64,000 bases of DNA from the NCBI GenBank assembly GCA_964106915.2, contig OZ066921.1. One strand, written 5' to 3'. Both the position numbers and the translations under genes were made by a program. The notes under the pieces are model-generated. The model saw nothing but the letters and a program-made list of their open reading frames with translations. It was not told the DNA's origin and did not search any database. The DNA comes from Podarcis gaigeae. Lineage: Eukaryota. Of the stretch, positions 10,982 to 23,440 are shown one piece after another; the stretch's first letter is position 1, and every line of letters starts with the position of its first letter.

Positions 10982-11117
10982 CAGTGTTCCCCAACCTTGG
11001 GCCTCCAGCTGTTTTTGGACTACAACTCCCATCATCCCTTGCTAGCAAGACCAGTGGTCAAGGATGATGGGAGTTGTAGTCCAAAAACAGCTGGAGGCCC
11101 AAGGTTGGGGAACACTG
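10982..11117. mobile_element. Young hAT-type MITE, near-perfect palindrome
   Basis: 56-bp perfect inverted arms (10982-11037 / 11062-11117); 8-bp TSD CTCTAGAC at 10974-10981 and 11118-11125. Confidence 0.95.
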
Positions 11118-11164
11118 CTCTAGACAATCAGGTGGGGGAAGCATGAAAAAAGTAAGTTCTTTTA

Positions 11165-11480
11165 GTAAAGGGACCCCGACCATTAGGTCCAGTCGTGTCT
11201 GACTCTGGGGTTGCAGCGCTCATCTCGCTTTATTGGCCGAGGGAGCCGGCGTACAGCTTCTGGGTCATGCGGCCAGCAGCGCACAGAAATGTCGTTTACC
11301 TTCCTGCCAGAGCGATACCTATTTATCTATTTGCACTTTGACGTGCTTTTGAACTGCTAGGTTGGAAGGAGCAGGGACTGAGCAACAGGAGCTCACCCCG
11401 TCACAGGGATTCGAACCGCCGACCTTCTGATCGGCAAGTCCTAGGCTCTGTGATTTAACCCACAGCGCCACCCATGTCCC
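11165..11480 (-). mobile_element. Sauria SINE with internal deletion of about 30 bp
   Basis: Same family as 9096-9438; TSD AAGTTCTTT at 11154-11162 and 11481-11489. Confidence 0.92.
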
Positions 11481-13859
11481 AAGTTCTTTGTAGGTGTCTT
11501 TAAAACCAGAAATGACTAACAGGTATACAGCAGTTCTGCAGGGCAGTAACTTATTCAGAGGCCGGCAGATTTCATGTTTGCCAGATCAGCCAAAATAAGT
11601 GGGGTGCATAAGACATACGGCAGAGTGCCTCTGAGCCTGTTCTTAGCCTAGGAAATCCACAAGGATCAGAAGGAAGGAGCAATGGTCAGTGGGGTTAATA
11701 AGACTTGGCAGCTTCTCTATCACATCTTCAACATATCTGTCAACTATCCTGGGAAAACCAGGATATCCCATTTTTGTGTGTGCAAGAGCACAACAGCCAT
11801 TTCGGGCAGCATCATCTTGCCCCAAGACCTTGCACCCCCAAGCTCTTTTTCCTGGGGCTGCAACCTCACACAGTGTCCCAAAACATGCACTTTCAGGTGC
11901 TGTTCTCTCGTGTCAGAGCATGCCCCTGAAAAAGCACTTTTATTCAGGGCTGCAATCTCACGAGGGTCATGTGACTCACCTGGGAGCATGGTCCAGAAGA
12001 CATGCATCCCAGTTTTTGGCCTGGACATGTTGGAGAGCGTGCTTTCAGAAAGAAATGCTAATACCAAAATCAGAGGCGACTCCTCCATGCATTCTGAGAC
12101 TTAAGATCTGGCATTGCAGATAGGGGCCTTGCCGTGAACTTCAGCAGATAGATGGATAGGTCTGTGAAAGAACCTGGTGAAGGCAATCATATAGCTCTGC
12201 TCCTCAGTCCTCATGCAAAGAACCACCTGTCTTTTCCTTGATCAGGCCCTTGCAGTTAATTTCCTTAATTTGCCCCCTCCCCCCCAAAAAGCTGGCAAGT
12301 GCCCACAAGGCTAAATAACTGTTTCCACACAGAGGAGAAAGGCAGGGTGGAAGGAAAGGCTTCCAAATTAGTGAAAATGGAGAGGGAGAGGATGCCTGGA
12401 GCTGATGGACTCACTTTTACTAATAAGGCCACTTGATAGAATTGAGCAAGATTCTCCCTTTTGACTTTGACCTTTAACTCTCACTGGCTAATTAGTCTCC
12501 AAGATGACAAAACCTGATGAGGCGCGTTGCCTCCATGGTCTTGCTCTGAGACAGCTCTTTGACAAATGTTGAAGCTAGACGGCACTGAAGGAAACAGGCA
12601 GAATGACCCCCTTGAAGGCTTGCCTGCCCCTTGCTCTTCTCTTGATAGAAACAGAAATGCATTTCATTCACCCAGATTACTTTGGCTAATGCCGAGGTTG
12701 CCATTTTGTTCTCCCTCCTCCTTTGTGACTACTTTGGTTCCTTATTGCACGATCCCAAATTGTGCTACTTCAGATATAAGCTGGCAGGCAAATGTTTGTT
12801 TTTTTGTGGGGTGCTGGTAGCATCCTTTGTTCTCCTCACCGGTCCTCTGCTCATTGCTCCAGCTTCTATAACCTCAGATGGGTCTTACTGTCCACATTGA
12901 ACATGGCCGGGTTTCTGAGCCTTTGAAAACCAGGACAGAAAGCTTATCCAAGCACAAAGTCATTTAAAATAAAAATTAGATGCACTTTGTTTTTCTGAAG
13001 AAATAGCTCTTTCATCTGTAGATTTATCTTATTTCCTGATGGGTGGCAAAATAGTGACTCCAGACAACATCTTGATTGAGATACCTTGTGAGTCCTGAAG
13101 TGGACACATTTGTTCCTTGACTTTGGTGTGCTTTCCTCCTTCTGCACCCCTGGAAAATGCCAAAATCTGCATGAAATTGCTCTCCAAACAAGCCAGGGAA
13201 GGAAATCTGTAGCTATCAGGCTTCTTGGATGGAAAGCACGGCATCCGTCAGCAGAGGAATGAAGGGAAGCAAAAGCAATCATGGCCTTTGTCAGCTCCAG
13301 CTTGCTAAAATGATGTTGCTTTGCGGCGTGTGATGGCTTGTTGGGATTGCTAGTGGAACTGTATGAGATTGCGTCGGAGTGAGTTTGCACAGAGCAGTAA
13401 TAGAGCTGCTGAGGAGAGAGGAGGAGAAGAACAAAAAGTACAGCAGGTGCAAGTTCCGAGAACACAGATCTTCTCCTGGGTTGCCTCTGATGTTAGGGCT
13501 GCAAAAGGAAAGCCACTGTGTGGCGCAATATAAGGGTAACCTGAGTTCAAGTCTCACCTCAGCCCTTAGATTCTGAAGCAAGTGTCGTGTTATGGTCAGC
13601 ATACTTTGAAAGCAGCATGCTTGGAACATTCACTTCCAGTTTGAAGAAAGAGAAGTTGTTTCGGGTGAGAAGAGATGAATGAGGAGCACATGGCAACCTT
13701 GCCTTCTTTTTTCTGCTCTGCAGCAGAGGCTGGAAAAGGGGTGGGGAGAGGGATCCACTGGCCAGAAGTTTTCTGGGTAGCATCTCCCACTGACCAGGCA
13801 GTGCGTTGATCTAGGCTTAGGCTTAGGGCTTCCTGAATTGGCAAGTTGGTTCCCACATT

Positions 13860-14290
13860 TAAAAAGATCCTGAAGGGATTTACAAGGTACAGTAATAAAA
13901 ATATTCAAAACATAGAATAAAAACAACCAATCACTGGTTGCCCAAATGCCCAGGCAAACAGAAGCATCTATGCCTACCATCAGAATGATGACAAAGTTGG
14001 CTCCCCAAGGACAGCACCCCACAGACAGGCAGCATCCCTAAAACAGAGAAGGCTTGTTCTCTCATCACCCCCCTAGAAGAACCTCAGATGCAGATTTCAA
14101 GAGTCCAGGTACGAGAAAGGCAGTCCTGAGCTGCATCGGCTTTTAATTGGGCCCAGAAATGCATTTGCAGATACAATCATTCATGTTCTGCACTAGCTGT
14201 AGTTTCCGAATCAACTTCAAGGGCAGCCCCAGGTACAAAGCATTTCAGTAGTCTAACCTGGAGGCGTGGACAATGCAAGCCAGGTGGAGA
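13860..14290 (-). mobile_element. Degenerate L2-type LINE fragment
   Basis: ttaattgggcccagaaa, ctgcactagctgtagtttccgaatcaacttcaagggcagcccc...gcatttcagtagtctaacctggagg motifs. Confidence 0.6.
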
Positions 14291-15924
14291 TTCAGCCCAG
14301 TGAGCCAAATCTTCTCTGCTGTGGCATGAAAGCGAGAGAGCTTCTTCCAGTCTTTCTTGTGCTGCCTGGGCAAGTGATGTTTGCCACTGTTCTTGGAGGG
14401 TCTCCTACCGTCTCCGACCTCTGAACAACCCCCTATGCTGTGTCACCCTCAGAAACAGAGTAGGTGACCAGGCAGAGGGGGCTGCTCATAATTTCTCTCC
14501 ATGCAGCACCAGGGTCCCAATCCTTCCTTTTGCAGTGCCTAGAAAGGGTGAGCAAGAGAGAGGAGGAAGATGCAGGGGCTGCATTCACTTGTTGTCACCT
14601 TTCCCCTCCTCTCCCCACAGCAGAACTCAGAGGCAAAGGCTCCATTGGTCTTAACAAAATGTATTTGGCCTTCAGACTGGATAAGATAACCCTGAGCAAA
14701 TTTCTCTGAAGGCACCTCTAGCTGGCCCGTTTATTGAGCATTCATCCTGATTTGTTTGTGGGGAGGTTATGCCATTCTTCCCCATACTTGTCCCTATCAC
14801 TTTCCTTATCACAAAATGTCCAGTCTTTTGAAGAAGCAAGTTTCTGTCACAAGACCTCCCAATCAGCCATAATTGCACAGCCTGAATCTGCTGCTATGTG
14901 ACTGAATCCTTCTTGAAAATAGCTGCGATCTAGGAGTGCCCTCAGTCCAATTTTTTGGTTGGTAAAATGAGAAGGATTGTGATTTGCATATTACCAAAAC
15001 ATCAATATAGGTGCCCTACTGTGATATTGAAGCTGATTATCCAAATATGCAATTTCCCCATTTCGTTTTCAAGATGTTGCCATTGGTTGATTAGATGGGC
15101 AAACTATATATAATTCAAAAGGAAAAGGCTATATTTAACATTTTCATCCTTGTTACAGTGAGGGCTACTCTAGGCGGTTGCAGCTGCATGACTTGAAAAG
15201 TTTAAAGGACATGTGGAATTGCCACATCCATGTCCAAGTTGGGTTTGAGGAATTCCCTTTTAAAAGTGGAAGGGGCATGAAGAGGAAATGTAGCCAATGA
15301 TATGGGACTGAATTTCCAATGTTTTAAAGGGGCAAGCACAGCAGTGTCCCCTCCTCCCACTACTGGGAACACCCCACACCAAGATAAAACCACAGCTTTG
15401 GAGGAACAATTTGAACCAGGAAAAAAGTTATGGAGAGAAAGCGCTCAAACCCTTCTCCCAAGCACTGCAGCCCCAAACTCAAACCACCCTCCCCCTTTAA
15501 AAACAACAACATTTCTCTCTTGTCCAGTTTTTGTTCTGATTATAAAAGCTCTTGGAAAGAGGGGCAGAAGGAGGGTATGACTATGCCACTGGGGGGGGGG
15601 AGGAAGGGGGGGGAGGAGGATTTAGTTCCCGTCCCATTACTCAGACCCAAACCTCTTCCCTCCAATGTGCTTGGAGCAGCTTCTGTGTTAAGCTACCAAG
15701 CCTAATCAGACCTCAATGCACCAGAAGCAAACAAGCCTCTGAAAATAAATACCTCCCCGTTAATATTGGCTTTGTGGTGTAACCAACTAAAGCACAATCT
15801 GCCCATTAAAGCTATTGGCCTTATGAGCTCTTTGAAGACAAAAGACAGCCAAGGGGATCAAGTTGTACCTTTAAATGGGACCTGCTGCAGAGCATAATGA
15901 TGTATTGCATTTTTTTTATGTATA

Positions 15925-16165
15925 CAGTGGTACCTCAGGTTACAAACACCTTGGGTTACAAACACTTCGGGTTACAGACTCCACTAACCCGGAAGTAGTA
16001 CCTCAGGTTAAGAACTTTACCTCAGGATGAGAAAAGAAATTGCGTGTGGCGGCATGGTGGCAGCGGGAGGCCCCATTAGCTAAAGTGGTACCTCAGGTTA
16101 AGAACGGTTTCAGGTTAAGAACGGACCTCTGGAACGAATTAAGTTCATAACCCAAGGTACCACTG
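15925..16165. mobile_element. Tc1/mariner-superfamily (Tigger/pogo-like) MITE
   Basis: TIRs CAGTGGTACCT / AGGTACCACTG flanked by TA; internal ggttaagaac repeats. Confidence 0.9.
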
Positions 16166-17251
16166 TACAGGGAGATAAGCAAGGTTATTCACTTTTGAAG
16201 GTCCAGAACAGGAGGCTTCTTATTTATGAGAAGGCCAACACATAACTACTTAGGAAAAAGGAAGTACAGTAATCTTAAGAACAAGCTAGAAGGTGGTGTC
16301 TTAGCTCCAACCTGTTATAAATGGAGACATTGCTACAGTTGCTATGCCTGCCTTTGTACCAGCCACAAACACCAATGGTCTTTAGTTCCCACCCCTGAAG
16401 GTACCAAGAAAGGAATGCAGACTTGGGAGGGAAAAGTTCCCTGCCCTTGGTTTCAACAGTTATTGTCTGAAAGCGAAAAAGCAGAATGGAATTTTAACTG
16501 CTCTGGTAATAGAGGAGGTGCAATGTCTCAAGCACCAGCCAGTCAGGGCTGTGCACAGCCAGCCAGGCAGCTGCTGCAGCAAACTAGCAAAATGGGTTTC
16601 CCTAAACTCAGCCATCAGGGAGATGAGGTACGCATGAGAATAAAGTGGGAATTACATTTCTGCTCAATTCATGTGTTTCTGTACACACCAGATAATATTT
16701 TGCATGTTAAAAATGCCATACATAGGAATAGTATTGCTTTATCTTTAAGAATAAAAGATGCGTGCTAATAATCTTACAGCATTCACTGCTAGAATAGGAC
16801 ACAGCCTCTGCGTTGCTTAGCAACCCTCATTATAAGCAGGGTGGGGGGGGGGAGAGCGCCACAGTCTGTCTACACCCGCCATTAAAAATGGACAAGTGCT
16901 GCAAACTCTTGTAATATTCCCATGATTCAGTGGGCCTAAATTTTGCCATTCGTTTTGCCTCCAATTCCATTCACTGAGGCCTCACTGGAGCAAGGTTGCC
17001 AAATGACGGGGTAAAATTGATCTGGCTTGCTCTTGAGCTATAGAAATAGCTTGATTTGTGGGAAGCAGAAGGCAAAGTTTGTTTTGTTGCCTGGAGATAA
17101 ACACTTTGTCCTGCTAATGTTGCAGCTCACTCTGCCATTAACAGCAGAGGAGCAAGGAGCCAGCATAAAAGTTGGCAACCCTAAAGCGGAAGTACATAAG
17201 CGTAAAATTATTCCGGTGAAATTTTCTTTGCCTTTTTAGGAGTGCTTGCTC

Positions 17252-18476
17252 TCATAGAATCATAGAATTGTAGAGTTGGAAGGGACCCCCAAGGCTCATC
17301 TAGTCCAGCCCCCTGCAATGCGGGAATCACAGCTAATGCAGGAATCACAGATGCCCATCCACCCTCTCCTTTAAAGCTTCCAATGAAGGACAGCCCACCA
17401 CCTTCTGAGGGAGTCCATTCCACTGGCAAACTGCTCTTGCCACCGGAAAGTTCTTCCTGATGTTTAGTCGGAATCTCCTTTCTTGCAACTTGAAGCCATT
17501 GCTTCAGATCCTACCCTCCAGAGCAGGAGAAAACAAGCTTACTCCTTCTTCTTTTTTCAAAAAATATATTTTTATTAAACAATTTCAACAAAACAAATTA
17601 TCAATCCACAATGTCAATTACATTATTCCCCCCTTTTTATCCCCCTCCCCTCCCTCCCCCTCCTTCCCAAGACTTCCCTCAGCTCCCTTCTCTGATTTGT
17701 TTGCGCTTATTATTCTCTGCATGTTAAAAATTGTACATATCATTACCTTATCTGTCATGTATTCTACTAACAAATTTGTGGGTGTTTATTCAAAACCTGC
17801 CAAGGAGTCCAAGTCGATTTGTTGTTTTTTAAAATAATTTGTAAAAAGTTCCCAATCTTCTTTGAAGTCATGATTGTCCTTCTCACGTAGTTTATGTGTC
17901 AATTTGGCCAATTCCGCATAGCACATCAGTTTTCTTGCCACTGTTCTTTCATTGGGGTTTCCTCGTTCTTCCATCCTTGTGCTAACAAGACTCTTGCTGC
18001 TGCTGCTGCATACATAAATAAGTTCTTTATTTTTCTTGGCAGGTCTTGTCCCACAATCCCTAACAAAAATGCTTCCTTTTTTTTTTTTACAAATGTCATT
18101 TTAAACATTTTTTTTCAATTCATTATATATCATTTCCCAATTTTTTAAAACTTCTCTACATTCCCACCACATATGATAAAAGTACCTCTTTTTTCTTTAC
18201 ATTTCCAGCATATATTTGACCTGGTCTTTTATATTTTTGCTATTTGTACTGGTGTAAGCTTACTCCATCTTCCATGTGACAGCCCTTGAGATATTTGGAG
18301 ATGGCTATCATATCTTGTCTCATTCTCCTCTTATCCAGGCGAAGCATAGTCACCTCCCTCAACCATTCCTCTTAAGGCTTAATTTCCAGACCATTGATCA
18401 TCTTGGTTGCCCTCCTCTTCATCCCTTGCAACTTGTTGATATCCTTGCTAAATTGTGGTGTCAGGAACTGGACAGG
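17252..18476 (-). mobile_element. CR1 LINE 3' end, split by a nested L1 insertion (CR1 parts 17252-17550 and 18256-18476)
   Basis: catagaat tail repeat; minus-strand peptide VQFLTPQFSKDINKLQGMKRRATKMINGLEIKP typical of CR1 ORF2 C-terminus. Confidence 0.88.
17551..18255 (-). mobile_element. L1-clade LINE 3' fragment (ORF2 C-terminus with Cys/His knuckle, 3'UTR, polyA signal)
   Basis: Minus-strand CWKCKEKRGTFYH.W.EC...EAFLLGI...AAAAARVLLAQGWK; aataaa + A-rich tail at 17551-17576; TSD AAGCTTACTCC(T/A)TCTT at 17535-17550 and 18256-18271. Confidence 0.88.
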
Positions 18477-19666
18477 TGATCTGTAAAAGCATCCTTTTCT
18501 TGTTGCTGTAAGCTCTATTCCACCTGAGGCTGCCCACCCACCCTGTAAGTGATCACATCTGTAAGTGGAAGCTATCAACTGGGGTACTGGCTGTTTGGTT
18601 CCCCAATAAACTTTTGATGAGCACAGGAAAGAACATCATTCAGAGTTCTTTGCCACATGTTGGGAGATGCCAGCACTCTTGCTCCTAAATCTGTGGTGTT
18701 GATAACATGGTCAATCTCTCACCTCTTCCTTTCTTCCTGCCTCCCTTCCCTCCCCCTCCCCAATCTCCCCACTTTCTCCCAGTTCCTATAGTGTTCAAAC
18801 AGGGACTTTGATCTCTTCTAGAAAGTCCCTAGCTCACTAGGGCTTGGCGATTTACTTGGGTGCTGACTTATTAAAATAGATGAAGGTTGTGCTTTGATCT
18901 TCCTTCATCTTCCCTAGGCTCCCCCCCCCCCCCGCAGCCAGCCACACTCCCACTGTGAGACTACTGGCAAAGGAAGCCTCCCTTCTCTGGGAGGCAAGGG
19001 CAAATATTTTTGCTGTGACACTTAGGGCGAACAGACCCTGTTATTGGCAGATGCTTTCAATGCAAGTGATTGAGGCAGGGTGAGGTGGGCAGTAGTGGTT
19101 AGTGGTGTGTGGAAAGAACTCTGCATGTGCTCAGAGGAACACTCATTTTATCTTCTAGGACTGACGTTCTTTACAACTAGGGGCTGGGTTCAGCTAAGCC
19201 AGCATGCTAGCAGAAGCCAACTCAAGGGCAACAGGGCTTCTTCCATCTTCTCACACTGTGTCCTCCTCCGCCTCCCCCAGATCTGCTCTGGAGGGTGGGG
19301 AGAAGCCCTGGACCAGCATGGGGTAGGAAAGAGAGGGGAGATTTTTCTGTCTCGCAAGCAGAAATGCTTCTGCTGACGCAATGATCATCGGAAGAGTGTG
19401 ACATTGCATCCCTCCCTAGAATGGGATGTAGGTGCAAAATTCAGAGGTGTGAGAGTCTCGGCTTTCTTTGTTTCAAAGCAAGTTTCTAGTCCTCATGGCT
19501 ATGAAGTGAAATTTTTAAAATGGGGGTTAGGGCAGAGTCAATTTTCATTTGCTCAGGGGCAGAGCTCCAGTGGCAGGCATGATTCTTGCTTCCTCCCCTT
19601 GACTTAGCCTAGCCTCTACCAACTGGAGGCTGTCCAGATGTCTGGATCACAGCCAGCCCCAGCCAT

Positions 19667-21098
19667 GTACGTGACACCACAGATTTTCTGAGGAAAATAC
19701 AATCTTTAAATAATCTTCCCAACAATACTATACTAGCTACTATGGATGTGGAATCTCTGTATACCAACATCCCACACAACGATGGTTTACAAGCTATAAG
19801 GAACACCATTTCAGATAAAACCACAGCGGACTTTGCCACCAAACTCTGCCAATTTGTCCTTACCCACAACAACTTCAAATTCGGTGATGACCTATTCCTT
19901 CAGATCAGCGGCACAGCAATGGGCACCCGCATGGCCCCACAGTATGCCAACATCTTCATGGCAGATTTAGAACAACGTTTCCTAAACTCCTACCCACTCA
20001 AACCTCTCTTGTACCTGCGATACATTGACGATATTTTTATCATCTGGACACATGGTCAACAGACCCTGAACACCTTCCACCAGAAATTCAATGATTTTCA
20101 CCCCACAATCAACCTAACTATGAATCAATCTATGCAAGAAATACATTTTTTGGACACTACTATAAAAATACAGGATGGGCACATAGACACCACCTTATAC
20201 CGTAAACCAACTGACCGACAAACATATCTACATGCCTCTAGCTACCATCCCAAACATACCAAACAGTCCATTGTATATAGCCAGGCACTACGTTACAGCC
20301 GCATCTGTTCCAATTCTACAGACAGAGACTCTCACCTAAGAGATCTACAGCAAACCTTTTTAGAACTAAAATACCCAACAGATGAAGTTAGACAACAGAT
20401 CAACAGAGCCAGACTGATACCCAGAGAGAACTTGCTGCAAGACAGACCCAAAAAAGAAAATAACAGAACACCACTAGTCATCACATACAGCTCCCAAGTT
20501 AAAACAGTAAAACAGTACAGATCTACAACCTCTCCTGGACAATGACAGTTCTCTTTCTCAAGCTCTGGGAGGAAGACCTTTCATTGCCTATAGACAGCCA
20601 CCCAGTCTTAAACAACTCCTAACCCACAATAATACTACAACCAGACCTAACACGGACACTGGCACCAGAGCCTGCAATAAACCCAGATGCCAACTTTGCT
20701 GCCACATACACCCGGACAACACCATTACTGGCCCCAACAACATCACACATACCATCTCGGGACTATTTAATTGCTCATCGTCTAACATTGTGTATGCCAT
20801 CAAATGCCAACAGTGTCCTTCAGCTCTCTATATTGGACAAACAGGCCAGACCTTACGCCAAAGAATAAACGGACATAAATCGGACATCAGGAATCACAAG
20901 ACAGAGAAACCAGTAGGAGAACACTTCAATCTCCCAGGACATTCTATACAAGATCTCAAAGTAGCTGTTTTACTACAAAGGAATTTCAGAAATAGACTGG
21001 AAAGAGAAGCTGCTGAATTACAACTTATCACCAAACTTAAAACCATGGAGAAACCTGGCCTGAACAAAGACCTTGGATTCTTATCTCATTATACATGA
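19667..21098 (+). pseudogene. PLE polyprotein remnant: reverse transcriptase + GIY-YIG endonuclease, one frameshift near 20510-20520
   Basis: RT motifs DVESLYTNIPH, GTAMGTRMAPQYANIFM, LRYIDDIF, FLD, LYRKPTD; after the shift the frame DLQPLL...CNKPRCQLCCH...VYAIKCQQC..YIG..GLN is open to the stop at 21096-21098. Confidence 0.93.
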
Positions 21099-21278
21099 CA
21101 AAGCCATTTTTCACCTTTTCACCCCTTGCTTCTTCCTGTAAGACCTATTGCAGTCGTTAAGAGTCGTCAACAGGCTCATCACAGCTATCTGCCCATCACC
21201 CATTCCCACCACCCTTCTGAGTAATACCCCTCCCCACCTTCTCACTATATAGAAGGGTCTGGAAACTTCTGTTTCAGT

Positions 21279-21316
21279 GTATCTGAAAAAGTGTGCATGC
21301 ACACGAAAGCTCATAC
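21279..21316 (+). ncRNA. Hammerhead motif copy with core mutation (CTGAAAA instead of CTGAAGA), predicted inactive
   Basis: Identical to 672-709 except G8->A at 21288. Confidence 0.7.
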
Positions 21317-21708
21317 CAAGAACTGACTTAGTTGGTCTTTAAGGTGCTACTGGAAGGAATTTTTTTTGTTTTAGCCCCAGCCAGCACAGCCATGCCCGCT
21401 GGTGCTGACAGAAGCTGTGGTTTGAAACATCAGGTGGGGACCATGTGGGTGGAGGCTGATGTTGCAGAATACATTATATAAACTATGCAAATATCTGCAC
21501 ACACACATATGTAGGTTTAATTGCAACCCTTAGATAGTCTGTGGATTTTCTTGGTGTAGAATTTGGGATTAATTAGGCACAGAATTTTCAGGTTTTTTAA
21601 TTTTATAATATACCCTGTCCTGTCCACTGCAGTGAAAGGAAGAGGATGTTTTTTTAAAAAAGCAGAAGGTGAAAATTAAATTAAAAGAAAAGCAGAAACA
21701 GGTTTGAA

Positions 21709-21709
<1 letters not shown>

Positions 21710-21740
<31 letters not shown>
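21710..21740. repeat. (GT)n microsatellite
   Basis: Direct reading. Confidence 0.95.
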
Positions 21741-21743
<3 letters not shown>

Positions 21744-22380
21744 GGAAGGACCTGTGGTGAGGAACATCGCTTTGAGGACTGGAACAACTTGTTAGAACTT
21801 TAAATACGACACACGTCTGGATTTGCTAAAATATGAATAATTAACCGGAACCCCTGTGGGCTGCGCACTTCATGTATTAGCGGCCAAGTGTGATCCTGCC
21901 GGGAGTGACCCCCTGCCTGGCTCGTCTGATTAATCTCTGCTGCCGCCGCCGCCTTTGTACAGACTGCGCCATGAAAGAGGCCCAAATCTGCCGTAAACGC
22001 CAGACAAAAGTGGCGGCAGAAGCTGCCTTCAAAGGGGGCCAAGGGCTCTTTCTTTGCTTTAGCTTTGAGCAACAATAAAATAAAATAAAATCGTTAATCA
22101 GCCACTGAGTGCAGCGGGGAGCCTGGATGGGTTTTGAGGCAGAACAAGAGGCTCCGCTGCAGTGGGAAGTCTAGACTGCTGCTCTGAGACTTTGGCTGAG
22201 CGGGGGTGACAGTTTTTCAAAGGCTTGGATGAGGGGAGCATGGCAGGATCATTGTGGCCTGAGGCACACCCAGGGGTCTCCCCCCAGTCCTGCTGCAGTG
22301 TGTGGCTCTCAAAGAGATGTTGCAATGTTTTAAAGCATCATCATCAGCAATAAGAACAACAACAAAAACTCCTACAAAAT

Positions 22381-22459
22381 CTGTTTGACCAAAGAGCAAG
22401 ACCCTGCTAGACCTGTTTGACCAGAGATCAAGATCCTGCTAGACCTGTTTGACCAGAGA
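22381..22459. repeat. 32-bp tandem repeat, about 2.5 units
   Basis: CTGTTTGACC(A)..AGA.CAAGA.CCTGCTAGAC units starting at 22381, 22413, 22445. Confidence 0.9.
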
Positions 22460-23039
22460 AGACTAGGACAGAGAAGTCTGCCTGTGAGTACTGCAGGTAA
22501 CCATGGTTCTCTCATACCACTTTCATTTGCATTATCCCCACCCAGGAAAAGCATCCTCCTTGTGCCCTGCCAGCCATACTGGAGCTGAGCCAAGGCAGGA
22601 TGGGAACTGATCAGGTGAACAAGGAGACCAAAAAACTGCTGGCTGGTGGAGACAAATTGTGAGACCTCTTGAGTGTGAGGTTTCTCCACCCTCCTGTGCT
22701 GGAGAAGAAAAGTAGGGTGAGAGAAGGCCTGAGGGAATGTTGCCATGAGCAGACACCACGTTCTGATGTCCACTGAAATGAATTGCCTTGATAGCCAGGA
22801 GGAGGCGAATCGTCCAAGTTACAGATGATTCACAGCTGGAAGGTCGTAATTTCCGTTTCCTGTAGAAAAGGCTGTGAGGTGCTTTGCAGAGTGTGACTTG
22901 GCAAGCCGGCTGTTCATTATCCCTGTGTGACAGTGTGTTGCGGCGGTTTCTGTTTCTGGGCTACACACGGCTGTCGTTGCCTTGACGGTGCTGCCCTCAA
23001 CCTGCCTCTGAGCTGTGCAGGGAGCAGCAAGGAACACAG

Positions 23040-23440
23040 AGGGTGTGTGATGGCATGTGCAGAAGAAAAATTGAAGTGAAGTGTCATCAATATGTATCTC
23101 TGTCTCTCTGTTCCACCTGAATCAGGAGAGGCAGCTGAGGTGTTAGACCACAGTGGCTTGGAGGCAGTGATGGGCTGGGTGTGGGCCAGTAAATGGAAGC
23201 TGAATCCTGAAAAGAGAAAGGTGTTACATGTTCTGAGTTCTCATGTCAGGGAAGTGGGCAGACAGCCTGTTATGGAAGGGATCATACCCTCCTGGGGTGC
23301 TCCTGGATTCAATGCTGTCGCAGAAGCTCAGGTGGTCTTGGTAGCCTATCTCTGGTTCCAGCTGCCTTGCCAGCTATTGCTCCTTTCGGACAGAATTGTC
23401 TTGGCCACTGTGCCCATACTTTGGCAACTTCCAGACTGTG
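23040..23440 (+). mobile_element. Degenerate L2 LINE RT-region fragment
   Basis: Peptide LEAVMGWVWASKWKLNPEKRKVL resembles the post-YADD L2/CR1 motif W...N.LKLNP.KTE.L; preceded by a CHQY remnant. Confidence 0.75.

Larger units (their letters stand above)
19666..21372 (+). mobile_element. Penelope-like retroelement (Neptune-type, Cys-rich linker), 5'-truncated
   Basis: RT + linker + GIY-YIG + terminal repeat; 11-bp TSD AGCCCCAGCCA at 19655-19665 and 21373-21383; inserted into a decayed palindromic MITE (about 19615-21460). Confidence 0.96.

Noticed and set aside
12944-13629. Overlapping ORF cluster as a possible host exon
   Set aside because: No recognisable protein in any frame; a short or non-coding exon cannot be excluded without RNA-seq
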